From Candidatus Limnocylindria bacterium (GTDB lineage: Bacteria; Patescibacteriota; Saccharimonadia; Saccharimonadales; JAGQNK01): a stretch of DNA of 64,000 nucleotides. The notes under the pieces are model-generated. The model saw only the letters and a list, made by a program, of their open reading frames with translations, had not been told where the DNA came from and ran no database searches. Shown here piece after piece: positions 30,980-40,183 of this stretch. The stretch spans positions 73,931 through 137,930 of the forward strand of contig DATHJH010000018.1 in NCBI GenBank assembly GCA_035489815.1, written 5' to 3'. The position numbers and the translations under genes are program-made. Numbering within the stretch: the stretch's first letter is position 1; every line of letters begins with the position of its first letter.

Positions 30980-31127
30980 AGGTAGAATGGTACAGCATTG
31001 TTGCAGGGGTTAGAACCATTTTAATAAGTTACGCTGTATAGAAATGTTCTGGGTGTTCATCATAATAAAGAGCATTAAGGATTCGAACTAAAATAACAGA
31101 TACAGCAAACTATAGTGGCTTGCCTAT

Positions 31128-31670
31128 CTACTCAAAACCAAGCCACTTCAGCCACTTGGAGGACTGCAGGTTGTATTTGCTGGCGCCAAACCAGTGGCCC
31201 AGGAGTTTGGACTCCAGGCACATAAATTGTTTGGCGTGGTGCTGTAGGGCATCGCGGAGCTTTTTGCTGTGGCGGTAGAGGAAAATCCTGTCGCGCCTGG
31301 CGACAAACAAAAGAACCTTCACGTGCTTGAGGCGGTGGGCATTCTGCAAGGGGGAAAACAGGCTGGCTGCTTTTTCTACCTCCTCCAGCTTTTTGCCGGC
31401 CAGGAATTTCTCTACGTAGCCCTTGGGTACCTTGCGGGTTGGTCCAAAGTCAAAAAGATTGGTAATAGGGTCGGCGTACGGGACGTTCAGGACCAGGCCT
31501 TTGACGCGCTTGGAGGACACGGCCAGCCTGGTTGCCGGCAACGAGCCGAGGCTGACACCTGCTACCAGAACTTTTTTATCAGGCGGCAGCTCAGCTAATC
31601 GCTTGGCTGCGTCCGCGTAAGCGCCTTCAACTGTCTGCAATCGCCTTAGACGCCAATGCTTACCGGGCAC
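31128..31670 (-). pseudogene. Alpha/beta hydrolase, apparently 5'-truncated
   Basis: GVSLG nucleophile elbow, D and H present; N-terminal part missing. Confidence 0.6.
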
Positions 31671-31738
31671 TGGATGATGGCAATCTAAAAATTGCCAACT
31701 ATAGTAAAACTACAGCCCAGCTTGGCCTGCCGGTTCCT

Positions 31739-32023
31739 GTGCTTGGAGAGCTATACCATGGTGTGTTTTTGGGAAGTAACTACGAAAAGAATCTGAGCAA
31801 TCTTAACCGTTTCCTGACACTGCCACGCCTGGAAATCCTGCATATAGATGAGTCAACAGCTAAACTGTTTGGTGAGATCGCAACCGAACTAAGGCGCGCG
31901 GGCCGTCCAATGCAACAAAATGATATATGGATTGCGGCCTTATGCAAGCAGTATGACTACAAACTTGCCACCAACGATACTGGCTTTGAGAATGTTTTAG
32001 GCCTGGAAGTTATTGTCTTTTAG
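31739..32023 (+). pseudogene. VapC/PIN toxin, 5'-truncated
   Basis: GEL..G, NDIWIAA, L.TND..F; first acidic DT motif and antitoxin absent. Confidence 0.75.
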
Positions 32024-32089
32024 AGCCCATCCAAGATCTTTTCTCCTTGCCGTGGTCGGGGTCAGAGGAAAAGATTTTGGATGGGCTCT
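32022..32089. mobile_element. Short MITE
   Basis: AGAGCCCATCCAAGATCTTTTC ... GAAAAGATTTTGGATGGGCTCT. Confidence 0.65.
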
Positions 32090-32119
32090 TAAGAACCACC
32101 CGCGTGTATACTGAGGCCT

Positions 32120-32560
32120 ATGGGAAAAGCAGCCAGAGCAATTATTATCGAAGGCGACAAGATTTTGGTCATGCACCGCCACAAACACGGCAGCGAATAT
32201 TTTACGCTGGTCGGCGGCCGTACCAATGGCGAGGAAACGCCGGAACAAGCGCTGGTACGCGAAGTCAGGGAAGAAACGGGGATGGACATCGCCTCCGCCC
32301 GGCTGGTATTTGTTGAAGAGCATGCCGCTCCCTCTAACGAACAGTATATATTCTTATGCACGGTAGCACCCCACCAGGACATTGCCGTTCAGGATACATC
32401 GGAGGAAGCATTTATGAACCGGCTGGACGCCAACATCCATAAGCCGTTGTGGGTAGAGGCCAACGCTTTTGCCCGGCTCTATTTCCGCACCCCCCAGCTC
32501 CAGGAAGCAATCGTAAAAGGCCTTAAAAAAGGTTTTCCTGCCGAACCCGTAAAGCTTTAA
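32120..32560 (+). CDS. NUDIX hydrolase
   Basis: GG....EETPEQALVREVREETG. Confidence 0.92.
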   Translation: MGKAARAIIIEGDKILVMHRHKHGSEYFTLVGGRTNGEETPEQALVREVREETGMDIASARLVFVEEHAAPSNEQYIFLCTVAPHQDIAVQDTSEEAFMNRLDANIHKPLWVEANAFARLYFRTPQLQEAIVKGLKKGFPAEPVKL

Positions 32561-32598
32561 TCTTATATCAAGCTGATACAATTTATACCAGATGACTC

Positions 32599-32763
32599 AG
32601 AACCCATTTCAACCCTCACCATCCGGCCTGAAATCATCCAGGCTTGGCCCAAATCTGCCTGAGGCTAGTCAACGTACCTACGGGTATGCCTCCTCACCTC
32701 AAACAGATTTTGACTCAAGCCTGGAGCAATTTCAGCCTGGAAGGGAGAATTGAAATGGGTTCT
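32599..32763. mobile_element. MITE-like element
   Basis: AGAACCCATTTCAA ... TTGAAATGGGTTCT. Confidence 0.6.
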
Positions 32764-34488
32764 AATATTGTTAAAACGCTGGGCCTCATGCGCAGCCTCA
32801 GACCCCTGATTGTCGCGAATGTGGTGGTGGCCGCGATTGTCGGCGGTCTGACCGCCTTTTTGCCGTTTTCGATCAAGTTGGTACTGGATAAGCTGATCAA
32901 CTCATTGGATTCGGGGATAACCCTGCAGGATATCCTGCTGGGGCCATTGCTGATCTGGCTGGCTCTCCGGGTTACTTTGATTATTGCCGAGTATGTCCAT
33001 AACTTTGTGTGGGATCGGCTGATGCCGCGGGCGATTGCTTTGCTGCGGGAAATTACCTACGAAAAGTCACTTAGTTTGTCGCTGGAATACTACGAAAAGG
33101 TCCGCGTGGGCGAGATCACCCACCTGACCATGAACGCCCCGTTAGAGTTTATGCCGGAGTTTTTGCGGGAAATGAGCGAGAACATGCTGCCTAAACTGAG
33201 CGCTATCACGGTCGCGTTGGTGCTGCTGGCTGGCATTTCGCCGTCGGCGGCGCTGGTTGCTTTTTTGGCTTTTGCTGTACTGCTCGCCATTAATTATCAC
33301 AAACTCAAGCTCACCAAAGTTTTGCGATACGAACGGAACGAACACGTCAAGGAAATGAACGGCTACGTAAATGAGGGGTATTCGTTGGTCCGGCACCTGT
33401 TTGCCATGGGTGAACTACGGGCCCGGAGCGGCTATGTCCGGGAAAAGTCCCAGTCGATCATCAAGATCGCTGATCGGTTGCATGGGCTGGAGCGGCGGTA
33501 TAACGTGATTTTTGGCATCATCAACTTGAGTGTGTTCTTTGCGGTGTTTGTGCTGACGATCAACGAGATACTGCGGGGCCGTCAATCGCCGTCAATTATC
33601 CCAATGATCGCCGTATATCTGGGCCTGTTCACCGAATCAGCCCTGGCCTTTAGCAGATTCCTGGGCCGGGCTGCTGACGTAGAAGCCACGCAGCAACAGC
33701 TCCATGAGCTGCTGGCCCAGACGACTTCAGTTATCGATCGGCCGGATGCCAAGCCACTGAAGAGTATACAGACGGTTGAGCTCCGGGATGTGTACTTTGC
33801 CTACGACAAAAACGAGGCTCTTAGGGGTGTCAGCTTCAAGGTCGAAAAGGGCCAAAAGCTGGCCTTGATCGGTATGAGCGGGGCAGGCAAGAGCACTATC
33901 ATCAAACTGCTGCTGCGGTTCTATGATGTCGACAGCGGAGCCATCCTGATCAATGGAGAGGACATTCGGAACTATGCCCAAGAGGACGTGCGGCGATGCT
34001 TCGGCACAGTGCTGCAAGACGTGGCCTTATTTAACGATACGGTGGAGGAAAACGTCCGGATGGTAAAGCCCAAAGCATCTGATAGTGAAGTCAAAAAGGC
34101 CGCAGAGTCAGCCCACGCAACCGCCTTTATTCAGAATCTGCCAGAAGGTTTTAAGACTGTTGTGGGTGAAAGGGGGGTAAAGCTCAGCGGCGGTCAACAG
34201 CAGCGTATAGCCATTGCCCGGGCCATGCTGCGTAAACCAACGGCTGTCATCCTGGACGAAGCAACCAGCGCCCTGGATACGGAAAGCGAACGGGCAGTCC
34301 AGGCCGGCCTAGAAGAACTCCTGGAAGGCAGGCTCAGTATTGTGATCGCCCATCGCCTCAGCACCGTGCGGAACGCAGACACTATAGTGGTACTGGAAAA
34401 CGGCCAGGTAGCAGAAATCGACAATCACGCCGGCTTGCTCAAACGCCAAGGCTACTACGCCCGGCTGGTAAAAATGCAGGCTGCTTAA
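32755..34488 (+). CDS. ABC exporter, fused permease-ATPase
   Basis: TM domain + GMSGAGKS, LSGGQQQR, LDEATSALD, AHRLST. Confidence 0.92.
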   Translation: MGSNIVKTLGLMRSLRPLIVANVVVAAIVGGLTAFLPFSIKLVLDKLINSLDSGITLQDILLGPLLIWLALRVTLIIAEYVHNFVWDRLMPRAIALLREITYEKSLSLSLEYYEKVRVGEITHLTMNAPLEFMPEFLREMSENMLPKLSAITVALVLLAGISPSAALVAFLAFAVLLAINYHKLKLTKVLRYERNEHVKEMNGYVNEGYSLVRHLFAMGELRARSGYVREKSQSIIKIADRLHGLERRYNVIFGIINLSVFFAVFVLTINEILRGRQSPSIIPMIAVYLGLFTESALAFSRFLGRAADVEATQQQLHELLAQTTSVIDRPDAKPLKSIQTVELRDVYFAYDKNEALRGVSFKVEKGQKLALIGMSGAGKSTIIKLLLRFYDVDSGAILINGEDIRNYAQEDVRRCFGTVLQDVALFNDTVEENVRMVKPKASDSEVKKAAESAHATAFIQNLPEGFKTVVGERGVKLSGGQQQRIAIARAMLRKPTAVILDEATSALDTESERAVQAGLEELLEGRLSIVIAHRLSTVRNADTIVVLENGQVAEIDNHAGLLKRQGYYARLVKMQAA

Positions 34489-34594
34489 CCCACCCCAAAT
34501 AATATTCCAACCCCAATTTCCTAACGAAATACTGTACCACCCCACACTTCGTCATGCCGGACCCATGGTCAAGGCATTCAGTTATAAGGAAGCA

Positions 34595-34640
34595 TAAGGT
34601 CTCACCCTGAGAGGTGTTATTTTGTGTCATATAAATTCGG
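34595..34640 (-). repeat. About 47-bp repeat, inverted copy at 63554-63600
   Basis: ATATGACACAAAATAACACCTCTCA(G/A)GGTGAGACCTTAT in both. Confidence 0.85.
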
Positions 34641-35297
34641 TTCGCTCACTGGATAAAGAAAATTGCGTAAAAACAGTCTGCCAAGTTCGGATTTTTCGGG
34701 GTGAAATTGTACGCCGTAGATGTGCCGGTTTGCTACGCGTATTATCTGGTTTTCACAACCCGTAGAAATGTCTCCGTCCGGGAGCGACCGTGCCAACCGT
34801 ATCAGTTGGGGTGCGTCTTTGATCGAAATTGAAGCCCAGTGAAGGCTGACGACCTGGAAACTCTTTCCCAAGCCTGTAAAAATCGGATCATTTTGCTGAT
34901 CCTCCATAACCTCTACGGTGATGGTACCTTTTTCTACTTCTTCGTTACGTCTCATGCTTGCCCCAAAGCTTAGCCCTATGGCCTGGTGCCCCAAGCAGAT
35001 ACCGAGTATTGGTACCTCAATTTTCAGCAACCACGGTTCCAGGAATGATTGTAGTTCTTCTGCGGACTCAGATGGATGGTGTGTCGGGATGCCGCCCACA
35101 ATGATTCCACGAGAAGCCTTCATGAGCTCGATTTTGGCATGGGCCTCACGACCGGGCACAAGTATTGACTCAACTCCAAGTTCGCTCAGTGCGTCGGTAA
35201 GGTCATTATTGAAATCCTTGTCTTCGGGAAGGGTGCTGTCAATGATTACTGCATACGCCATTGGACAGATACTACTCTCAAAATATGTGCTCCTCAA
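34617..35297 (-). CDS. Class I glutamine amidotransferase (start may be 35261)
   Basis: PILGICLGHQ and GVQFHPE. Confidence 0.9.
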   Translation of the reverse strand: MRSTYFESSICPMAYAVIIDSTLPEDKDFNNDLTDALSELGVESILVPGREAHAKIELMKASRGIIVGGIPTHHPSESAEELQSFLEPWLLKIEVPILGICLGHQAIGLSFGASMRRNEEVEKGTITVEVMEDQQNDPIFTGLGKSFQVVSLHWASISIKDAPQLIRLARSLPDGDISTGCENQIIRVANRHIYGVQFHPEKSELGRLFLRNFLYPVSEPNLYDTK

Positions 35298-35460
35298 TAA
35301 TAAAGAATTCTATGCTCTTCACTCTCATCAAGAACTGTTTGCGATTTATAGGTGTGGTACGCTCACTGGATAAAGGTGGAACCACATTATATCCCCTGGT
35401 TGCTCAAGTCTTGCTCAAGTCTAGGGTATAGTTCGAAGTTAGAACCACTTCAGGGCATCA

Positions 35461-35802
35461 CTAGTCGGTAGGATGAGTAAATAACTGGCGTATTTCTGTG
35501 AGTATTTGCTGTAACTTTGAAGAACTAACAGTACCGTACACTTTGTGTACCATTGATTGGTCGGCAGTAAATAATTTGTCTGGACGTACATAGCTGTCAA
35601 GAGGCAGTTTGCCCTCTGCGAAGTCCGAAATTGCTAATCTGACAGGCTTAGAACTTGAATATGCTTTTGAGGTAATCTGACAAAGAATGACATCATCGAA
35701 ATCCCCAATTGCTACCACAAGAGCAGGCCTCAGTTTTTTGGTGGTGAGGTCTGAGAACGGGAAAGCGCTAGAAACTACTTGGCCTACTGCAAGCTTGCCC
35801 AT
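35461..35802 (-). CDS. MazF/PemK toxin
   Basis: FPFSDL...K.RPALVV, CQITS, SYVRP.KLFT. Confidence 0.92.
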   Translation of the reverse strand: MGKLAVGQVVSSAFPFSDLTTKKLRPALVVAIGDFDDVILCQITSKAYSSSKPVRLAISDFAEGKLPLDSYVRPDKLFTADQSMVHKVYGTVSSSKLQQILTEIRQLFTHPTD

Positions 35803-36020
35803 GCTTCATCCTCTTCGGGCCGCAGCCAGTCCCTGGCCAGTACTTTTTCTGATAACAACATGGTTTCGGAAATTCTTTTGTTTGGCTTCGCAGCTATAAT
35901 GCTGATCTTGCCTTTCACGGCTTTAAGCTCAACGCTGCCAGATAGCCCGCTTTCCTCAAGCAAGGGCTTGGGTATGCGGATACCCTTTGAATTGCCAATA
36001 GTGATAATGGATGCCTTCAT
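35784..36020 (-). CDS. AbrB/MazE antitoxin
   Basis: IGNSKGIRIPK; C-terminal DW..PEED.AW..L. Confidence 0.92.
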   Translation of the reverse strand: MKASIITIGNSKGIRIPKPLLEESGLSGSVELKAVKGKISIIAAKPNKRISETMLLSEKVLARDWLRPEEDEAWASLQ

Positions 36021-36078
36021 AGTGATTACATTATAGATACATTTTAATTGCCGATCAAGCTCTTAAGCATAAGCAATT

Positions 36079-36155
36079 TGGTACCCCCGGTAGGATTCGA
36101 ACCTACGACCTCGACGTTAGAACCGTCTTGCTCTAATCCACTGAGCTACGGGGGC
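36079..36155 (-). tRNA. tRNA-Arg(TCT)
   Basis: Cloverleaf; loop GTTCTAA; CCA. Confidence 0.93.
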
Positions 36156-36189
36156 GCACTGCTAGATTACCTCATATTGTACGGATACG

Positions 36190-36672
36190 CTACCCTGGTG
36201 GCCGCTGGTCCTGCAGGGCGGCAAATGCGCCAGCCGCCCATACCAGCATAGAGCGTTTATCGCCGGGGATTACCCCTGGTGTTCCTGCTTCCGGGGCCAG
36301 GAGCCAAAGGCCGCGCTGCGCAGTGGCGCTTACCATACTCTGGTAAATATCAGCGTTGCCCGTTATTGGGGTAATGGCTATTGGAGGTATTGGGTTGTCT
36401 CTGCATAGTATTCCGAGCGCTATGGGCCATTCCTGAGAGGAAGGACTATCGCCCTGTTGATACGGAAAACTTCCGTCCAGTGCAACCAGTCCGACTGTAC
36501 TCAAACGTCCACTGTCCGCCAAGTCTTGAAGGGCGACGGTATTGCCAACTCGTTCAACGGGCAATTGTAGCTTTTCAAAAGGCCGGCACAGCCAATCTGC
36601 CGGTCCCCCAATGAGGTGGGCGTCTTCGTCATCAACTATCAACACATGTGTTCGCGGGGTCTCTGTTGTCAT
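36190..36672 (-). CDS. Divergent response-regulator receiver-like protein
   Basis: HVLIVDDE ... LVALDG ... ITG. Confidence 0.5.
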   Translation of the reverse strand: MTTETPRTHVLIVDDEDAHLIGGPADWLCRPFEKLQLPVERVGNTVALQDLADSGRLSTVGLVALDGSFPYQQGDSPSSQEWPIALGILCRDNPIPPIAITPITGNADIYQSMVSATAQRGLWLLAPEAGTPGVIPGDKRSMLVWAAGAFAALQDQRPPG

Positions 36673-36693
36673 AATCTGCCCAAGTTTACCACA

Positions 36694-36768
36694 TGGTGCG
36701 GGATGGGGTAGTCGAAACCCCGTCTGAAGTTTGGAAAACTTCCATATTAACCGCTATACGAATCCCGC
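36694..36768 (-). tRNA. tRNA-Gly(TCC)
   Basis: Cloverleaf; GAAGT-TTTCCAA-ACTTC; CCA; TGGTATAAT promoter upstream. Confidence 0.93.
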
Positions 36769-36832
36769 ATGTTCTATAAAACAGGGGTAATTATACCAGA
36801 TTCAGAGAATTTGAACAGATTCTAAGCTGGTT

Positions 36833-38665
36833 CTAGTTACTTGCAGCCGCAAAGAGTGCCTCGGCTGCGGGTTTTGGACTGTAACTGCCGTCTTCATTCT
36901 TCTGCCAAGGGGCGTCGTTGCCGTATTGCGGGGGCGGAATACTGTACCTGTCGTCAGGTTCGGACGTGAAGTAAAATTCATTGCTGGCCAGCCCCCAGAA
37001 GTTGACGCTTATACAGTTCTTAGCACCCAGTGCTGTGCGCACAATCTTTTCCGCCATCTGGGCCTGCTGGTCGGGGTCGGCGCCTTCTATGCTGAGTTCA
37101 GAAACGCGGACCTTCAACCCCATATCTTCCAACTGTTTAAAGCGCTCGGCCAGGATGTCTGAGCCGAGCAGCTCGTTGATGTCATCCGAGTCCAGGTGGG
37201 CCTGGAAGCCAATACCATGTACAGGCACGCCTTCTGCCTGAAGATCGGTGAGTAGGCGGATGAGTGCATCCCAACGATCCGGATCATGTTCCAGCCCCCA
37301 GTCATTCAGAAACAGCAGGGCATTTGGATCGGCCTCGTGCGCAGCCCGAAAAGCTTCACTAATATAGCCTTCACCCATTGCGTTATACCACAGGTTGGGC
37401 CGGAATTTGCTCCAGTCGTCTTCGTCAAAAGGTTCATTTACAACGTCTACAGTAGCGAACTGGCCCCTGTATCGAGTGAGGGGTTCTTGGATATCGGCGC
37501 GCATAATTGCCCGCGCTTCTTCGGGAGAAGCGGTGGTGAGGGCTGCTTCTTTCCAGGCGGGGTTTGCCTCGCCAAAGACGGTAGTGTGGTAGTGAAGCTG
37601 CTTGCCGTGCCGACGCCCTAGGTCCACAAAAGCATCTAGCTCGCTCCACACCCGTGCATTTGATTCTGGTTGCCAAGCCTGGGGTTTGGCTAGCATTTCA
37701 GGTACTAGCCCACCAGCGTTAGCAGTGACCAGTCGGGCATAATTTTGGTCGTAGGTAAAGGCGGTCAGGTCGATTGCTGTGCTGATAACCAGGTCCGGGC
37801 GTACTCTGGCAACGGTGGCTTGTAGTCCATTCGGATCAAGCTCGCCCAAGTTAACTTGAGCACTGTCAACGACCTCAAGCTCGTTTTCTCCGAGTGGGTA
37901 AGCTGTTAGTTCCACGACATTCCATTGCTTGGCGGCGTCCATGCCAAACCACAACTGGCCGGACTCAAAGACTTTGGCTTCTGGGAACTCTATCTTTTGA
38001 TCATCATTGACGTGGACCACCAGTCCGCCGGCGGTTTGCTCTAGCCTTAGCTCGACCGCATCAATCGGCGTGCCTAGGTCGATTGCCTCTGTCTCGTCCG
38101 GCTGCTCACCGGTGCCATACCACAAGTTGGCGGTTATAACAGAGCCCTCTACGGTGACGCCCATACCTGCTTGTTGGTAGATGCGCTCATCGTAGCGGAG
38201 CGTGGGTCCACTTAGGACCTGCAGCGAAGCCCGGCCGGATATGTCGCTTAACCGGGCCCGAACACCCACATTGCCATCTGCCTGGCTCATTTCTACGTGC
38301 GTCCAGGGATTACCGGGGGTGACAGGGAAATACTCTGGTGTGTCTGGGTCCGCCCAGGCGCCCTGTTCTTTGCGCAGAGCAAGGCCGGTATGGGCTACGG
38401 TAAGGGTGCCGTTTTCTGATGTTACACCTGGCGTGAAGCTCCAGTTCGCCTCATCCAGGAGGTTGGTTTCTGGGCCTTTGGGGTCGAGTTCAGCTTGCAT
38501 AGGTGTCTCTCCTTCCGGGTGGTCTTGCTCGGTGCCTGACCCACCTCCTGACGAACATGACACGGTAAGGATACTGGCAGCCAGCAAAACAGCCATGCCA
38601 CGACGACCTATAGGAAAGCCTCGTCGGCCTTCGTCTACTTGTGGCTCGGCGGGAATGTGGTCCAT
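36833..38665 (-). CDS. GH10 glycoside hydrolase, probable lipoprotein with N-terminal beta-sandwich
   Basis: DVVNEP, ADP.A.LFLND, GIGFQAH, VSEL; lipobox-like TVSC. Confidence 0.88.
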   Translation of the reverse strand: MDHIPAEPQVDEGRRGFPIGRRGMAVLLAASILTVSCSSGGGSGTEQDHPEGETPMQAELDPKGPETNLLDEANWSFTPGVTSENGTLTVAHTGLALRKEQGAWADPDTPEYFPVTPGNPWTHVEMSQADGNVGVRARLSDISGRASLQVLSGPTLRYDERIYQQAGMGVTVEGSVITANLWYGTGEQPDETEAIDLGTPIDAVELRLEQTAGGLVVHVNDDQKIEFPEAKVFESGQLWFGMDAAKQWNVVELTAYPLGENELEVVDSAQVNLGELDPNGLQATVARVRPDLVISTAIDLTAFTYDQNYARLVTANAGGLVPEMLAKPQAWQPESNARVWSELDAFVDLGRRHGKQLHYHTTVFGEANPAWKEAALTTASPEEARAIMRADIQEPLTRYRGQFATVDVVNEPFDEDDWSKFRPNLWYNAMGEGYISEAFRAAHEADPNALLFLNDWGLEHDPDRWDALIRLLTDLQAEGVPVHGIGFQAHLDSDDINELLGSDILAERFKQLEDMGLKVRVSELSIEGADPDQQAQMAEKIVRTALGAKNCISVNFWGLASNEFYFTSEPDDRYSIPPPQYGNDAPWQKNEDGSYSPKPAAEALFAAASN

Positions 38666-38691
38666 GCTGTTATGCTTTCTAGCTTGATTGT

Positions 38692-39339
38692 TTAACGGAA
38701 AACAATCTGGTGGCTAGCAACATCGCTAGCATCCATAGAGGCAATATCGGTGTACTGGGTGGTAATTTGTTTGAAGCTGCCATCATGGTCGCGCCGGACA
38801 GTACCTAGGCCATACCAAGTGTTATCATCGCCCTGATGTACGGCAACTATGAGCTCATCGGGATTGCATGGATTGGTCTGGAGCTCGTCGACAGGAAGAA
38901 TGCCTGCCTCTGGTGACGGATCGTTATCACCGCCGTTGTCATAAATAATTGCAGCGTACTCAACATCGGAATACAGAGATTTATCTACTGTCATAACTAC
39001 GGCTGTAGGTGTATCTTCTAAATCCAGGTATTCGGCATCTGGATCTCCTTTGACCATCTCGCCCTGTACACGTACGTCACCGGTAAACATCAATGCAGTT
39101 GGCTTGAATCCCCACTCGGCATCGCCTTCTATCGGTGCGGCACCAACTTGACTAGCTTCGCAGTCTAGCGGACCTTCGTCGCCATCCATTATAAAAGAGG
39201 CTGCTAGTAAACCTAGGCCTGTTGTTACTGCTGCGCCTGCTAGGAGCCTCGGCCACCTACGTTTTGTTTCAATAGGGCCTTGGCCTTGCTGCGGTGCTTC
39301 TGCTTCTGGCGATGGTGAATCGAATTGTTTCATAGGCAC
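38692..39339 (-). CDS. Membrane-anchored/secreted hypothetical protein
   Basis: N-terminal hydrophobic segment followed by an acidic domain. Confidence 0.55.
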   Translation of the reverse strand: MPMKQFDSPSPEAEAPQQGQGPIETKRRWPRLLAGAAVTTGLGLLAASFIMDGDEGPLDCEASQVGAAPIEGDAEWGFKPTALMFTGDVRVQGEMVKGDPDAEYLDLEDTPTAVVMTVDKSLYSDVEYAAIIYDNGGDNDPSPEAGILPVDELQTNPCNPDELIVAVHQGDDNTWYGLGTVRRDHDGSFKQITTQYTDIASMDASDVASHQIVFR

Positions 39340-39446
39340 TTAGGATAACAAAACGCGGCTCGCTTCGCAATGCTACATAATTGCTTTGACAATCATACAT
39401 TATTGAGTTATTCGTTCAACTTTTTTATAATCCGCCTTGGTACCCC

Positions 39447-40073
39447 ATGAGTGAGATCGGCTATACTTATGGCTATATGAAAATGCCTACGCTGCGGCAG
39501 GTAAACAACGGATTGAGTCTACTGGTCATTGGACTGTGCCTCTATATCCTGCTGGCGCCGCTGTGGCCGCAGGCAACGTTGCGGCTAAAGGATGCTCCGC
39601 CTCTGGTTGTGGCAGAAGAGAAGGTTGGCCCAAAGCGACCAGATCCACCGCCCAAAGAAAACACCTTAGTCGTGCCGCGTATGAAATTACAGCAGACCGT
39701 TTTTGAAAGCCAGACCGGCTACCCGGCGCTTAACAAAGGCATCTGGCATCACCCCCAGAGCGGCACGCCGGGCCGGGGTAAAAACACGGTGCTGATCGGG
39801 CATCGGTTTACCTACGGCGGCCCGGCGGTGTTTTACCACCTGGACAGGGTCCGGGCTGGCGATCAGATTGTGCTGTATTGGCAGCAAAAAAGACATGCAT
39901 ATACAGTAGAAAAGGTGCTGGTAGTGCCGCCCAGCGCGACCGACATAGAAAAAGCAGATGTGGGCGGGGAGCGCCTGACTATCTACACTTGTACACCACT
40001 TCTGACAGCCCGGGACCGGCTGGTTATCCAGGCAACGCCGTTGGATGAGACGACGGAAGGAGCAATCCCATGA
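39447..40073 (+). CDS. Sortase (class D/E-like)
   Basis: TM anchor, NTVLIGHR, F..L, LTIYTCTP, DRL. Confidence 0.92.
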   Translation: MSEIGYTYGYMKMPTLRQVNNGLSLLVIGLCLYILLAPLWPQATLRLKDAPPLVVAEEKVGPKRPDPPPKENTLVVPRMKLQQTVFESQTGYPALNKGIWHHPQSGTPGRGKNTVLIGHRFTYGGPAVFYHLDRVRAGDQIVLYWQQKRHAYTVEKVLVVPPSATDIEKADVGGERLTIYTCTPLLTARDRLVIQATPLDETTEGAIP

Positions 40074-40174
40074 AAGAATGGCACCGAACAGTTATACTGG
40101 CTGTCTTTTTGATCATCGCACTCGGGCTTATATTTCTAGCACGCCGAATGCCAGAAGCTGTACTCGTCACCTGA
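40070..40174 (+). CDS. 34-aa single-TM peptide coupled to the sortase (not in ORF track)
   Basis: ATGA overlap; MKEWHRTVILAVFLIIALGLIFLARRMPEAVLVT. Confidence 0.45.
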   Translation: MKEWHRTVILAVFLIIALGLIFLARRMPEAVLVT

Positions 40175-40183
40175 ATCGTCAGG

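Noticed and set aside
36771-36800. GTTC-N18-ATACCA as another cassette boundary
   Set aside because: The opposite strand reads TGGTATAAT, the extended -10 promoter of tRNA-Gly
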